Below, piece by piece: positions 1 to 20,063 of a DNA stretch of 64,000 nucleotides. The DNA is from the human T2T-CHM13v2.0 reference genome, Homo sapiens. Each line of letters begins with the position of its first letter. Position 1 is the first letter of the stretch. A program made the translations under genes and the position numbers. The stretch lies in NCBI RefSeq assembly GCF_009914755.1, contig NC_060939.1. The stretch is one strand, 5' to 3'. The notes under the pieces were generated by a model. That model ran no database searches, was not told the origin of the DNA, and saw only the letters and a program-made list of their open reading frames with translations.

Positions 1-149
1 GAGAATTACTTGAACCTGGGAGGCAGAGGTTGCAGAGAGCTGAGATTGCACCATTGCACTCCAGCCTGGGTGACATAGCAAGACTCTGTCTCACGGGTGG
101 GGAAAGCGGGGAGGGCTGGGATTACAGGTGTGAGTCACTATGCCTGGTC

Positions 150-2876
<2,727 letters not shown>

Positions 2877-5280
2877 TCAGCCGGGCACAGTGGGTCACAC
2901 CCATAATCCCAGCACTTTGGGGGACTGAGGTGGGTGGATAATAAGGTCAGGTGTTCCGAGACCAGCCTGGCCAACATGGTGAAACCCCGTCTCTATTAAA
3001 AATACAAAAAAAATTAGCCAGACTTGGTTGTGCGCACCTGTATTCCCAGATACTTGGGAGGCTGAGGCAGGAAAATCGCCTGATTCCGGGAGAGGTTGCA
3101 GTGAGCCAAGATTGAGCCATTGCCCTGCAGCCTGGGTGACAGAGGGAGACTCTGTAGTATAAGAGGAAGGAATGCATGTTTGTAGTATAAGAGGAAGGAA
3201 GGCATTAGAAGGAGGCCTGAAGATTCATTTGGGGGATTTGGGGTGATAGGTAAGGTCAGGGCTTGGAGAGGACAGGAAACTTTTCTTTTTTTTAGACAGT
3301 GTCTCACTCTGCCTCCCAGGCTGGAGTGCAGTGGCGCAATCTCTGCTCACTGCAACCTCCGCCTCCTAGTTCAAGTGATTCTCCTGCCTCAGCCTCCCAA
3401 GCATCTGGGACTACAGCCACACACCACCATGCACAGCTAATTTTTGTTTCTTTCTTTTTTTTTTTTTTTTTTTTTTTTTTTTGAGACAGAGTCTCACTCC
3501 CTCACCCAGCCTGGAGTGCAGTGGCACGATCTCAGTTCACTGTGACCTCCACCTCCTGGTTCAAGTGATTCTCCTGCTTCAGCCCCCCGAGTAGCTATGA
3601 TTACAGGCATGTACCACAAGCCTGGCTAGTTTTTGTATATTTTATTTTATTTTATTTTACATTATTTTATTTTATTTTTGAGATGGAGTTTTGCTCTTTC
3701 GCCCAGGCTGGAGTGCAGTGACGCAATTTCGGCTCACCACAAGCTCCGCTTCCCAGGTTCATGCCATTCTTTTACCTCAGCCTCCCGAGTAGCTGGGACT
3801 ACAGGCACCCGCCACCACACCTGGCTAGTTTTTGTATTTTAGTAGAGATGGGGTTTCACCAAGTTGGCCAGGCTGGTCTCGAACTCCTGACATTGTGATC
3901 TGCCCACCTCAGCCTCCCAAAGTGCTGGGATTACAGGCATGAGCCACTGCACCTGACCTATTTTTTTAAGACGGAGTCTTGCTCTGTTGCTCAGGTTGGA
4001 GTGCAGTGGTGCAATCTTGGCTCACTGCAACCTCTGCCAGTTGGGTTCAATAAATTCTCCTGCCTCAGTCTCCTGAGTAGCTGGGATTACAGGCATGCGC
4101 CACCACACCCAGCTAATTTTTGTATTTTTGGTAGAGACAGGGTTTCACCATATTGGCCAGGCTGGTCTCGAACTCCTGACCTCAGCTGAGGAGACTGAGA
4201 CAATCCTGGTCAACATAGTAAAACCCCATCTCTACTAAAAATACAAAAATTAACTGTGCGTGGTGGCACATGCCTGTAATCCCAGCTACTTGCCAGGCTG
4301 ATGCAGGAGAATCACTTGAACCAGGGAGTCAGAGGTTTCAGTGAGCCGAGGTCACACCACTGCACTCCAGCCTGATGACAGAGCAAGACGCCATGTCAAA
4401 AAAAAAAAAAAAAAAAGGCTGGGCGCAGTGGCTCACGCCTGTAATCCCAGCACTTTGGGAGGCCCAGGTGGGCAGATCACGAGGTCAGGAGATCGAGACT
4501 GTCCTGGCTAACATGGTGAAAACCTGTCTCTACTAAAACTACAAAAAAAAATTAGCAGGGTGTGGTGGCGGGCACCTGTAGTCCCAGCTACTCGGGAGGC
4601 TGAGGCAGGAGAATGTGGCGTGAACCCAGGAAGCGGAGCTTTCAGTGAGCCGAGATCGTGCCACTGCACTCCAGCCTGGGTGACAGAGCAAAACTCGGTC
4701 TCAAAAAAAAAGAGAGAGAGAGAGAACTTAGTAATTTTAAAGTTTTTTTTTCTTATTGTGACAAAAAGCATGAGGTTCTCAAGGTTCACGCCATGATGGT
4801 GCCACTGCACTCCAGCCCCTTCCCTCTACTTTGCTGCCACTCGGATGGGGGAAGCTCTGGAAGACTTCTTAGGGAAGTGGCATATAAACTGTGTGTCATA
4901 CTTGTTGTTGTTTTTTTTTTTTTTTTTGGAGACAGGGTCTTGCTGTGTCCCACAGGCTGGAGTGCAGTCGCATGATCACAGCTTACCATGGCCTCAAACT
5001 CCTGGCTCAAGCAATCCTCCCATCTCAGCCTCCCAAGAGGCTAGGACTACAGGCAAACACCACCACGCCCAACTAATTTTTAAAATTCATCCCACGTAGA
5101 AGAGGGGGAAAGGCATGAAAGGGCATTTGTGGCAGAGGAACAGTGTGAGCAAAGACCAATAGTCTGGGAAAAGGAGGAGGATAGGCTGTGGGTGGAGCAG
5201 GAAATGTGGGTGCTTCTCTTGGCAAAGGATTCTGAATGCCAGGTGAGCAGGATGAATGTATCTTGTGGGCGCCAGAGAGG

Positions 5281-5510
5281 CCTGGGCCTCAGCCTGCCCC
5301 TGTAAAATGAGGTGATTAGACTGGTCTGCTTCAGGCCTTCCTAGGGCAAGGGGCTGTCACAGAAAGGGTCTACTCTAGGTTCTTCCAGGTTCAACCCCAG
5401 AAAGGCAGAATGGGAAGTGGCTGGAGCAGCTCAGAGGCTAGGGGTAATATTTTGCTCCAGAGCCCAAGTCTGAGAATGACTATTTTACCAAGCTGTCTGC
5501 ATTGCATCCC
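5281..5510 (+). repeat. Copy 1 of a diverged ~230 bp local direct duplication (copy 2 at ~6761-6985)
   Basis: Shared colinear blocks CCTGGGCCTCAG, CTGTAAAATGAGG, CTTCAGGCC.TCCTAGGGCAA, TTCTTCCAGGTTCA, CTGGAGCAGCTCAG, GCTCCAGAG, GAGAATGA.TATTTTACCAA. Confidence 0.85.
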
Positions 5511-6760
5511 TAAGTCACCCTGGCTAACCCTCCACCCAGTCAGGGTCCTGCAGGGAAAACCCAGGCCTTGGGTCAGGAGGCAAGAAGGGTGATGGGTGTC
5601 TTACCCCTGGCTCCACCCTAGGTAAGGGTTGGCCCTCTTGGAGCCTCAACTTGCTCATATGCACAATGGAGGAGCTGTGCCTTGGGCTCTCTAAGCCTCT
5701 CTCCCCAGGACAGCACTGTCATTCTGGAGATGGGAACAGCATTAGCAAAGGAACGGAAGTAGGATTGTGAGGACCTTGTTGGGCAACAGACAGGCAGGTG
5801 AGGCTGGAGAATGGAGTCCCTAGAAGTGGATGGTTCTTGTTGGGGTTGGCTGGATCCAAGGGGTATGACCTTCCTCCTTATGTGCAGAACTGGGTGAGCC
5901 CTAGGTCATGGCCAGCAGCCCTCGGAGTGGGACTGAGGACCTGTTGGGAAACCAGTTTGGCAAGGCCATCATCTCCATGATGTCATCCAGCCACTGTGTT
6001 CTCTGGGCAATAGTGCCAGGCAAACTTCTGGCCCTGCAGGAGGAGAAAGGGCCTCAGATGCCCACTGGGCAGCAATGAATTCCAGGAGACCCAGCCTCAC
6101 AGACAAAGGAGAGGCAAGGGGCTGGAACAGGAAGGAGAGAGTTCTGGATGTGCCAGCCTGGACCTCTTTAGACTTCTGGGAGTCCCTGATGCCTGGGCGC
6201 AGGGAGTGGGGGTCTAGGCTCATGGTGGGACACTATGTAATTGCTACCTGATGGGTTGGACACTGGCTCCTGATCATGCTTATACTACATGTGTGGCAAT
6301 TTTGTTACCACTATGACCTTCACAGCTTGAGTCCTGTGAGGTAGGACCACCATTATACAGATAAGGAGACAGACTCAGAACCCTCGTTCTTTTGTTGTTT
6401 TTTTTTGTTTTGTTTTGTCTTTGAGACAGAGTCTCACTCTGTCACCCAGGCTGGAGAGTGGAGTGGCACAACCATGGCTTACTGCAGCCTTGACCTCCCA
6501 GGCTCACAGTGGGACTACAGACACATGCCACCATGCCCGGCTAATTTTTTTTATTTTTTGTAGAGACAAGGGTCTCCCTGTGTTGCCAGGGCTAGTCTTG
6601 AACTCCTGGGTTCAAGCAATCCTCCTGCCTTGACCTTCTGAAGTGCTAAGATTACAGGCGTGAGCCACTGCGCCTGGCCAGAACATTTGTTCTTAATCAC
6701 CATATTCTACCATCCACCATTTGGAAGCTCCGCTTGGATGAAGCCTGAGCACTGGGGAGA

Positions 6761-6985
6761 CCTGGGCCTCAGTCTGCCCATCTGTAAAATGAGGGGGTTT
6801 GACTGGCTTCCTTCAGGCCCTCCTAGGGCAAAAAACTGTAACAAGAAGGGTCTAGATTCTTCCAGGTTCAGCCCTGGACTGGCAGAGTAGGGAGTATCTG
6901 GAGCAGCTCAGGGGCCGAGGGTATTTTGGCTCCAGAGTCCAGTCCGAGAATGAATATTTTACCAACCTGTCAGTGTGGGATCCCA
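6761..6985 (+). repeat. Copy 2 of the ~230 bp local direct duplication
   Basis: Same colinear blocks as 5281-5510. Confidence 0.85.
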
Positions 6986-7176
6986 GCAAACCCTTCTCTC
7001 TACTTCTGAACATAGCACCTGAATCTTGGCATCACAGAGTCCTGGATACCCACCTTATGGTTCAAATAGGTAACTGAGTCCCAGAGAGGACAAGGGACAG
7101 GCTTCAGGTAGTGTAGCAAATCAGGAGCAGAGCCATTCTGCATCCCAGATTCTCAACCTCCCAAAACTTTGTTTCC

Positions 7177-7505
<329 letters not shown>

Positions 7506-9254
7506 TTAAGCATGAAATAACTGACACATATTGAGTGCCTATGGCATACCATGCACTCATGTAACCATCACCACAGCCCTATAAAGCAGATGCTAATAGT
7601 CTGTCCCTTTTATGGGCAAAGAAACTGAGACTCAGAGAGGGGAAGTCATTTGTCCAAGTTGACACTGCATGTTGGTGGTAGGGAAGGGATTTGAACCCAG
7701 GTATATAGGCCCTTCCCCCTCAGCAGATCCAGTAAGCCTCACTGGAGGCATGAAGACCTGTAGACAGCAGGGTGGATGGCTCCTTTGCTGGTTCTGAAGG
7801 CGCGCAGTGTCCAATTCAGAGTTTCCACGCAGGCCTGGCCTCTCTGGGGCAGGCAGAAAAGTGCTGAGGCTGCAGAAGGGCTCTGAATCTTCCCAGAGGA
7901 GGCGGCCATGGTGGGAGGCAGTGCTCTGCACCAACCTCAGAGCCAAGTGTAGACATGGTGGCTGGACCAGCTGCAAGCAAGGGAAGGCAGGCAGGGTGGG
8001 GCCCAAACCCTAACCCAGCCTCCAAGCCGTGTTCCCAGCCTTCCGCCAGCCAGGCCCTGCCCTACCACCCTTCTCGCTCCCCACCTGGATTTGAGATGAG
8101 GACGCCGGGCCTAATAATAGCCAAATGGCAGCAGAGGCAGTGCCTGGAGCCACTGCCAGTTGGAGCCTGGGGTCCCCCATGGTCTCATGTTGGCCTCCAA
8201 CAGGGTTCAGAACTTTAAAAGTACTGCACTCCAGCCTGGGCGACAGAGTGAGGTCTTGTCTCAAAAACAAAAACAAAACAAAACAAAAACCCTTTAAAAT
8301 AGCAACTGCTTATGAAGTTTATAATATGTGCTGGGCACTGTGCTAAAGCATAGCCCACAGTAACTTACTTATTCCTCACCCTACCCCCCCTGGCTAAGAC
8401 TATTTCTTTTTTTTTTTTTTTTAAGACAGAGTCTCACTCTGTCACCCAGGCTAGAGTGCAGTGGCACAATCTCGGCTCACTGAAACCCCTGCCTCCCGGC
8501 TTCAAGTGATTCTCCTGCCTCAGCCTCCCAATTAGCTGGGATTACAGGGGCCCGTCACCACGCCTGGCTAATTTTTGTATTTTCAGTAGAGACGGGGTTT
8601 CGACATGTTGGCCAGGCTGGTCTTGAACTCCTGAACTGAGGTGATCCATCTGCCTCGGCCTCCCAAAATGCTGGGATTACAGGCATGAGCCACTGTGCCT
8701 GGCCAGGCTAAGACTATTCTTAGCCCTTTTGATGGATGGAACACTGCCCCTGATGATAACAGGAACTTGGCAGCCTTCAATTGCTGAGCATGCATACTGT
8801 CCCTCCTTGGCACTCTGCTAAGCACTTTCTTTGTATTTTCCCATTGATTCCCCATGGCATTATGAGACAGATGCTAATTTCTTTAGACGAAGAAAAAAAT
8901 GAGGCCCAGAGAGAAAAGTGACTTGCCCAAGGTCACACAGCTATAATGGACAGAGTCGAGACTCAAACCTAGGACTTTCTAACTGTAGCGAGGCTAAGAC
9001 CTTAGATTCTGGAAACAGACAAACTTAAGTACGGTGGGTTCATCACTGCTCCTTAGCTATGCAGCCTTGGCAAGTCACATCACCTGCCTGAGCCTCTGTT
9101 TTCTCCTCTGTAAATTGAGGGTTTGGGGGAGATAATACTAACACTCCCTGACAGCTATTAAGCCCACGTTGGGTGTAATAAAATAGGTAATTTACAGCAC
9201 ACATTTCCATGGTGCATTCCCTCAGTCAATTCTCACAATAGCCCCCAATGTTAG

Positions 9255-9425
<171 letters not shown>

Positions 9426-9431
9426 TAGTGA

Positions 9432-9632
<201 letters not shown>

Positions 9633-10009
9633 TGAGTCTCAGAGAGGAGCGGCACTTGCCCAAAATCAATAGCAAGTGAGTCAGGACTTAAGCCCAGGGC
9701 TGTGGTTCTAGAGGCTGAGCTCTTTTTTATTTTTTAAGACAGGATCTCTGTCACCCAAGCTGGAGTGCAGTGGTGTGATCATGGCACACTACAGCCTTGA
9801 CCTGTCTGGGCTCAGGTGATCCTCTCACCTCAGCCTCCCGAGTAGCTGGGACTACAGGCACTCACCACCACACCTGACAAATTTTTATAGAGATGGAGTT
9901 TCCCCATGTTGTCCAGGCTGGTCTCAAACTCCTAGTTTCAAGTAATCCGTCCACCTCAGCCTCCCAAAGTGCTGGAATTACACAGGTGTGAGCCACCATT
10001 CCCAGCCAG

Positions 10010-10405
10010 GCATGTGACTATTTTTGGCCAATAGAATATATGGAAGTGGCATTGCCAGTTCGAAGCCTGGGTGTTAAGAGATTGGGCCTTAAGAGATTCC
10101 ACTCATTCTCTTGGAACTCTCGCAGCTGTTATGTGAACAAGCCTGGGCTATCCTGCCTAAGAGACCACTGGAACAGGGACTAGTTATCCTAGCTGAAGCT
10201 GTCCTAGTCAGTCACCATCTAATCCAATAGCTGACCACAGATACATGAGTAAGCCCAACTGAGACGAGAAAAATCTTTAGCTGAGCCCAGGCTAAAGTGC
10301 CAGTCCATGAAATCTTGAGCTAAAAAAATGGTTGCTGTTTTAAGGCACTAAGTTTTGGGGTGGTTTGTTATGTAGCATTGTTGTGGCAATTGATAACTGA
10401 TACAC
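10010..10405 (+). mobile_element. MaLR LTR (MLT1 family) remnant
   Basis: Ends in MLT1-like 3' terminus TTAAGGCACTAAGTTTTGGGGTGGTTTGTTATGTAGCA...GATAACTGATACA; subfamily not resolved. Confidence 0.7.
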
Positions 10406-10419
10406 AGTTTTATTCAGTG

Positions 10420-10805
10420 TAATTAATGCTGGCTGCTGTAACAAACCAAATATCTCAGTGGTTTAACCCAATCAGAGTTTATTTCTCACTCCTGCAAAGT
10501 CTGATATAGGTTGGGGCTCTCCCAGGGAGCTCTTTTCCAAGCAGTGACCTTGCCCCCCAATCCTGCCTCCACCCCAGGCTCTCCGTGGAATCTATTCCTG
10601 AATCCTCTGCATGTGGAAAGGGAATCAGAAAATCAAAGGAGGCACATCCACACTTAACTGCCTTTGCGCAGGGGTCACGTATAATTTCATTGGCCTTTAT
10701 GTAGTCACATGACTCTACTAACTGCAGGAAAAATGAGAACATGACCTTCCTGTGTGTCCAGGAAAAGGAAACAGGTTACAGAACACAAAGCATTGCTTCT
10801 GTTAC
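10420..10805 (-). mobile_element. Probable second old MLT1-type LTR remnant
   Basis: GCTGCTGTAACAAA...ATCTCAGTGGTTTAAC...AGTTTATTTCTCACTC resembles the reverse complement of an MLT1 3' end. Confidence 0.5.
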
Positions 10806-11337
10806 ATTCCTCCTGTTGTGGGGCTGGTGTGCGTGCATGCATGCGTGCGTGTGTGTGTGTGTGTGTGTGTCTGTGTCTGTATGTGTGGTGGGAGTTGGAG
10901 GGGCGTGTGTGTTAAGTAGAGAATTAACATCTATAAAGAATCAACAGTGGTGCATGCCTGTAATCCCACTACTCTGGGGAGCTGAGGCAGGAGGATTGCT
11001 TGAGCTCAGGAGGTTGAGGCTGCACTGAACTGAGATCATGCCATTGCACTCCAGCCTGGGTGACAGAGCAAGACCGTGTCTCAAGAAAAAAAAAAAAAGA
11101 GAGAGAGAGAGAGAGAATCAACTTCAGCACCTACCATGTGTTAGCTTAAATAAGGGACAAGTTATAGGTAAAGAATTTGAGGTTCAGCTTAACTGGGCCT
11201 GGTGCCGCATGCCTGTAGTCCCAGCTACTTGGGAGACTGAAGTGGGAGGATCACTTGACCCTAGGAGGTTGAGGCTGCAGTAAGCAGAGATTGCCCACTG
11301 CATTCCAGCCTGGGTGGCAGAATAAGACCTTGTCTTA

Positions 11338-11665
<328 letters not shown>

Positions 11666-11724
11666 TCAGAAAGGTTGAGGAACTTGCCCCAAATCATACA
11701 GCAAGCCAGTTGAGTAGCTATTTT

Positions 11725-11960
11725 GCGGTAGTGAAGGGCTCAGGGAGATCTGGAGTTGGACAGATCTAGGTACAAATCCCAACTCTGTCAATTCTTCACT
11801 GTGTGACATTTGGCAAGTTACTTAATTTCTCTAGGCCTCAGTTTCCTCATCCACAAAGTGGGGAGCTAATACTTCCAACCTTATAAGGTTGGGAGTGATC
11901 ATTCACAGAGCTTGCATGGGATGGGGATCCTGGTACATGGGCCTTACATAATGAATGTCA
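11725..11960. mobile_element. MIR element (one of several; others near 8860-9200, 21940-22070, 22430-22650, 51860-52030)
   Basis: MIR core: AAATCCCAACTCTGTC...TGTGTGACATTTGGCAAGTTACTTAATTTCTCTAGGCCTCAGTTTCCTCATC. Confidence 0.8.
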
Positions 11961-12122
11961 GCCACATAGGCAGAAATGATGCTATCTCTGATCTTACCCT
12001 GCCAGGGTCCATGAATTTGGCCAAGGGGATTTATTATGTTTTCGATAAATCCTATCCCTTCCCTCTGTCTCTTGTGGTGTAAATGGTTTTATTTACTTCA
12101 TTAAGAGATGGCAATTTGGCTA

Positions 12123-12462
<340 letters not shown>

Positions 12463-12482
12463 TTAATTAATTAAGTTTTTAA

Positions 12483-12758
<276 letters not shown>

Positions 12759-13123
12759 TGAATATTTGTTACTGAATAAACCTTTATAAGCACAAAGCCC
12801 CTGAACACCTATGGCTGCTGACAGATGTCTGAAATGCCTCCATTACTGCATTTTTTTTTGAGACAGGGTCTAGCTCTGTCGCACAGGTAGGAGTGCAGTG
12901 GCGCAATCATGGCTCACTGAAGCCTTGAACTCCTGGGTGCAAGCAATCCTCCTGCCTCAGCCACCGAAGTAGCTGGGACTACAGGCACACACCACCATGT
13001 CTGGCTAATTTTCTTATTTTTTGTACAGATGAGATCTTGCTGTGTTGCCCAGACTGGTCTGGAACTCCTGGCCTCAGCAATACTCCTGCCTTGCCTCCCA
13101 AAGTATTGGGATTACAGGAGTGA

Positions 13124-13456
<333 letters not shown>

Positions 13457-13759
13457 TAAATAATTTTTAAAGTTTTGTTTTGAACAGGTAGTTCTGGGAG
13501 GTCAGAGGAGTTATCTCTCAGGAGATAATTATGCTCAAGTCTGGAAGATAAGAAATTGTTGAACAAAAAACTAAGTTGGTCTCGACGTGGGGGTGGGGGT
13601 GTTCCAGGCAAGGGGAACAGACTACGCAAATGTCCCAAGGCAGGAACAATCTCCAGAAACTGATGGAAGACCAACGTGAGTGAAGTATGAAGGGTAAGGG
13701 AGAAGTGGGGTTTGGATGGGGAGAGGGGAAAAGGCCCAGACTGAAAGGCCCCTGTGGGA

Positions 13760-13888
13760 ACCTTCATAATTTGCAGGACCTGGTGCAAAATGAGAAAAAG
13801 GAGCTCCTTGTTCAAAAATTATTAAGTATTTCAAGATAGTGACAGCAGAGCATTACACTGACCCTTCATTGCATGAAGCTGGCCCTGC
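13760..13888. mobile_element. MER45A-like hAT DNA transposon fossil (internally deleted)
   Basis: CATAATTTGCAGGACCTGGTGCAAAATGA...CCTTGTTCAAAAATTATTAAG...ACAGCAGAGCATTA...CATGAAGCTGGCCCTG matches recalled MER45A. Confidence 0.65.
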
Positions 13889-15049
13889 TCATGGACCATA
13901 GTAAGAGGAAAGGACTTTCATGTGAGGGCTGCAGGGACCCATGGAAGGTTTTTGAGCTAGAGGTGATGAGATCTGATTTGCATACGCTTTAGTTGCTGTC
14001 GTCACTACCCCACACCTGGATGATGTGTGTCTCTGCACAGGTGGCCTGCTTCACTTTCCTCTTAAACATGTCACTCCCCTGCTCAAGAACCTGGGGTGGT
14101 TCCTACTTCCTATTAGACCCAGCCCAGATTCCCTATCCAGACACCCAGAGGCCCTTCAAAATCTTCCCTTACTGGATTTAGTTAATCTAATGTCAACAAA
14201 GGCTGTGTGCTGAATCCCAGAGAGATGATGACTCAACCCAAGTTCACACAGCAATTATAGGAGAGCAAGTCAAGGCTGGAACCCAGGTTTCCTGAGGTCG
14301 GCCCATCCAGCCCTGAGCGAAGGTGCAGTCCTCTGAAGTGTTTTGTATCCCCCATCCTAGCACAGAGCCATGCACACAGTAGGTGCTCAATCTGTGCCTG
14401 TGGCCGTGAGTTCGTTCCTCTTAGGGCACATCTCTGCCAGGGCATGGGTGTCCCAGAGTCCAGGATGCAGTTAGCATCCTTCCTGACTCCTTCTCTCCCT
14501 CATCCCTACCTCTAGGCATTCACCAAGCCCCACCGCACCCAGGCCAGCTGGCCAGGTCCTGCCCATAGACATGTTGTTTGGCCTGTGCAGTGTTTTAAAG
14601 CTTTTCCAATTCATCGTTCTAACATTTTAAAAAATCCGGAAACTTCACATGGCAACCCGCATCTTGTGTCTCTTTGCAAAGTCTCAAGCCTGGGTCTGGG
14701 TTCCTTCGGGGAGGCAGTTCTCTCCAACCTCTGAGCTTGCGGTGGGTGGGGTGGGGAGCGGTCACTGTAGTCCCCAGTGGGGCGCCTGAATTTGGGACTT
14801 TGAAGCGACAGTGCCCTAATTACCTCCAAGGACCAATAAGGATGCTGGAAGCTGATTCAATCAGACGTATAATAACCCCTCCTTCTGGAGCGGGGCCAGG
14901 TGGGGGCAAACGCCGCCTCTGGTCTCTAACAACAGGGAGTAGGAGGGGTGTTTTGCCCTAAACCTTACAACTAGCCCCAACCTGATGTTTGACTTCAGAA
15001 TCCCTTAGGGCTTCATAGATGAAATGAATGCCCCTGAGAGAGGCCATGC

Positions 15050-15410
15050 TGCTTCCTCTCACCTGGCCTCTGCCTTTGCTTTCTTCTCCCCCGGGACTGT
15101 GCTCTTCGACCTCATCTTCACTCTGGCTGGCTCCGGATTACCATTCAGATCTTAACTCACACGTCACCTCCTTAGAAAGGTCTTCCCAGAGCACGTATCT
15201 GAAGCTCCCCAAAATTACTCTGTACTGTAATTACTCCCCATCACAGCACTGACGATCGGAAATGATTAATTTTTTTGTTGTCTCCTGCTAGACTGTGAGC
15301 TCTGAGAAGCCAGGGACTTGGGTTTGTCTCGCTCAACAGGGTCCCCAGGACCTAGAAAGGATCTGGCATCAACGAAGGGGCTCAACACACATGTGTGGAA
15401 CAACTGAACC
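15050..15410 (+). mobile_element. L2 3' end remnant
   Basis: GTCACCTCCTTAGAAAGGTCTTCCC...CTAGACTGTGAGCTCTGAGAAGCCAGGGAC...GGGCTCAACACACATGTGTGGAA resembles the L2 3' terminus. Confidence 0.65.
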
Positions 15411-15743
15411 ACTGGATTCACAAAACAGCTTTCCCTGAAGGATGCATGTGACCCCTGGGTCAGCCAGCCAGCATGGGTGGGAGCCAGTAAGGAGGCAGCC
15501 AATTTGCAATTAGGGAGCAATTAATAACTACCCAATTGGTACAAAAGACAGCTGAGGGGCTGGGAGGAGAACAAGGGAATGAAGCTCAGAAAGGAGCCTC
15601 AGGTCTTTCTTGGAAAATACTGGGAGCGGGCAATGAGGAATCCCCGGGGTAACATTTGAAAACCTCTTCTGTTATTGGAGATTTAAATGATCAGAAGCCC
15701 CCCTAAAAGGACTTGGTCCCTTTAAAACATTTTTTTTTTTTGA

Positions 15744-15950
<207 letters not shown>

Positions 15951-16307
15951 TGACCTCAGGTGATCCACATGCCTCGGCCTCCCAAAGTGCTGGGATTACA
16001 AATGTGAGCCACCATGCCTGGCCAAAACATTTTTTAATGGTTTGTAGAGATGAGATTTCACTATGCCCAGGCTGGTCTTAAACTCTTGGACTCAAGAGAT
16101 CTGCCCACCTCGGCCTCCCAAAGTGCTGGGATTATAGGCATGAGCCACTGAGCCCAGCCAGGACTTGGTCCTTTAAGAAGCAGGTGTGGGCCGGGTGCGG
16201 TGGTTCACGCCTGTAATCCCAGCACTTTGGGAGGCTGAGGCAGGCGGATCACAAGGTCAGGAGATCGAAACCATCCTGGCTAACACGGTGAAACCCTGTC
16301 TCTACTA

Positions 16308-16515
<208 letters not shown>

Positions 16516-16653
16516 TCATGCCTGTAATCCCAGCACTTTGGGAGGCCTAAGGGGGAGGATCACGAGGTCAAGAGATCAAGATCATCCTGGCCGACATGGT
16601 GAAACCCCATCTCCACTAAAAATACAAAAATTAGCTCGGTGTGGTGGCACTCA

Positions 16654-16835
<182 letters not shown>

Positions 16836-17182
16836 TCAAGAGGCTGAAGTAGGAAGATTGTTTGAGTCCAGGAGTTTAAGCTTGCACTGAGTCATGATCA
16901 CACCACTGCACTCCAGCCTGGGCAACAGAGACAGACTCTGTCTCTAAATAAATCAGTAAATCCTGCCTTAGATAAAAATTGCAGACCAGGTGTGGTGGCT
17001 CACACCTGTAATCCCAGCACTTTGGCAGGACGAGGTCGGTGGATTGCTTGAGCTTAGGAGTTCAAGAGCGGCCTCGGCAACATGGCAAAACTCTGTCTTT
17101 ACAAAAAAATACAAAAATTAGCCAGGCATGGTGGCATACACCTGTAGTCCCAGCTACTCAGGAAACTGAGCTGGGAGGATCA

Positions 17183-17308
<126 letters not shown>

Positions 17309-17355
17309 TTAATTAGGAGGTTTGATATGGAGCAAGTCATCCTTTCATGTTTTGA

Positions 17356-17706
<351 letters not shown>

Positions 17707-18522
17707 TCAAAAAAATAAAATAAAATATTCTATGGGGTTCGAGAGTTTCGTTTTTAGGGCCAAAGCATTATTATTGGAGGAAGGCAATCCCTACTTCTCC
17801 CACTTATTTCTGCCATGGGAGGAGGGTTCTCCTGCCCAACACCCACAGGCCCAGGCACCTGGAGGCAACTCTAAAAACAGCAGGAGACTACTGAAGGAAA
17901 TTGTCCATCTCTACGAGGCACTCCTTGTGTCTCCAGAATTTATTAAATGACATCACAGTAAGACTTGGCAAGTAGGATAAGGGAGTTAGACCAGGGAGGA
18001 CAGACAGAAGTCTGCAGGCCTGAACACAGGCAGGAAGGAAACGGAAAATGCAAACAGGAGAGGTGAGGCCAGAGCTGAGCACTGCAGAAGGAAAATGAAC
18101 AACCCTAGTTTGTATTACAGAACACTTTCACAAGTACGGTCTGCCTTTATCCTCAGCAGTTCTTACTGGTAAGATATAATGATATCCATTTTATAGATAA
18201 GGATCCTAAAGCCCAGCAAGGTCATGGATCTACACATAACTGAGCCACACATCTTAGATCAGTGCTTTTTCTGCTTGGCACACCCCACAGGGACTGGCAC
18301 ATAATGGGTAAAGAGTTGACATTTATTGAAGAAAAGTAGAAGGTATGCATTTGACAGCACTTAAAAAAAAATGTAGGCCAGGCGCGGTGGCTCACGTCTG
18401 TAATCCCAGCACTTTGGGAGGCTGAGGTGGGTGAATCACCTGAGGTCAGGAGTTTGAGACCAGCCTGGCCAACATGGTGAAACCACATCTCTACTAAAAA
18501 TACAAAAATTAGCCCAGTGTCA

Positions 18523-18768
<246 letters not shown>

Positions 18769-18779
18769 CTAGCTCTGTC

Positions 18780-19131
<352 letters not shown>

Positions 19132-19186
19132 CTAGCTCTGTCTCTTACTTGAATGTGATCTCACCCTGTGTGCCTCAGCTTCCTCA

Positions 19187-19618
<432 letters not shown>

Positions 19619-19927
19619 TTATGGCAGCATGGATGAGAGACACTGTTCTCATGTATTTTGTTTCACAAGGACAATAATAAAACTTGTTTACTGTGATGAC
19701 AATTAAATAAGATAATGCAGGTAAGGTGCTTAGCAGAGGCTTGTACATAATGAACTCAGTAATGGTGCTTGTTTTTACTGCTATTTTTGTTGTTTTTACA
19801 GATTAAAAAAACAAAGGCTCTGATAGGTGATATGTAGGCCAGGCACACAGCTATTGGTTGTTGAGCAGGATTTGAACCCACAGCTTTTATTTATTTATTT
19901 ATTTATTTATTTACTTATTTACTTACA

Positions 19928-20063
<136 letters not shown>

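Noticed and set aside
14765-14925. CTCF-like GC motifs (CCAGTGGGGCGCC, CCAGGTGGGGGC)
   Set aside because: Imperfect spacing versus the consensus and no CpG island; cannot be supported without data.
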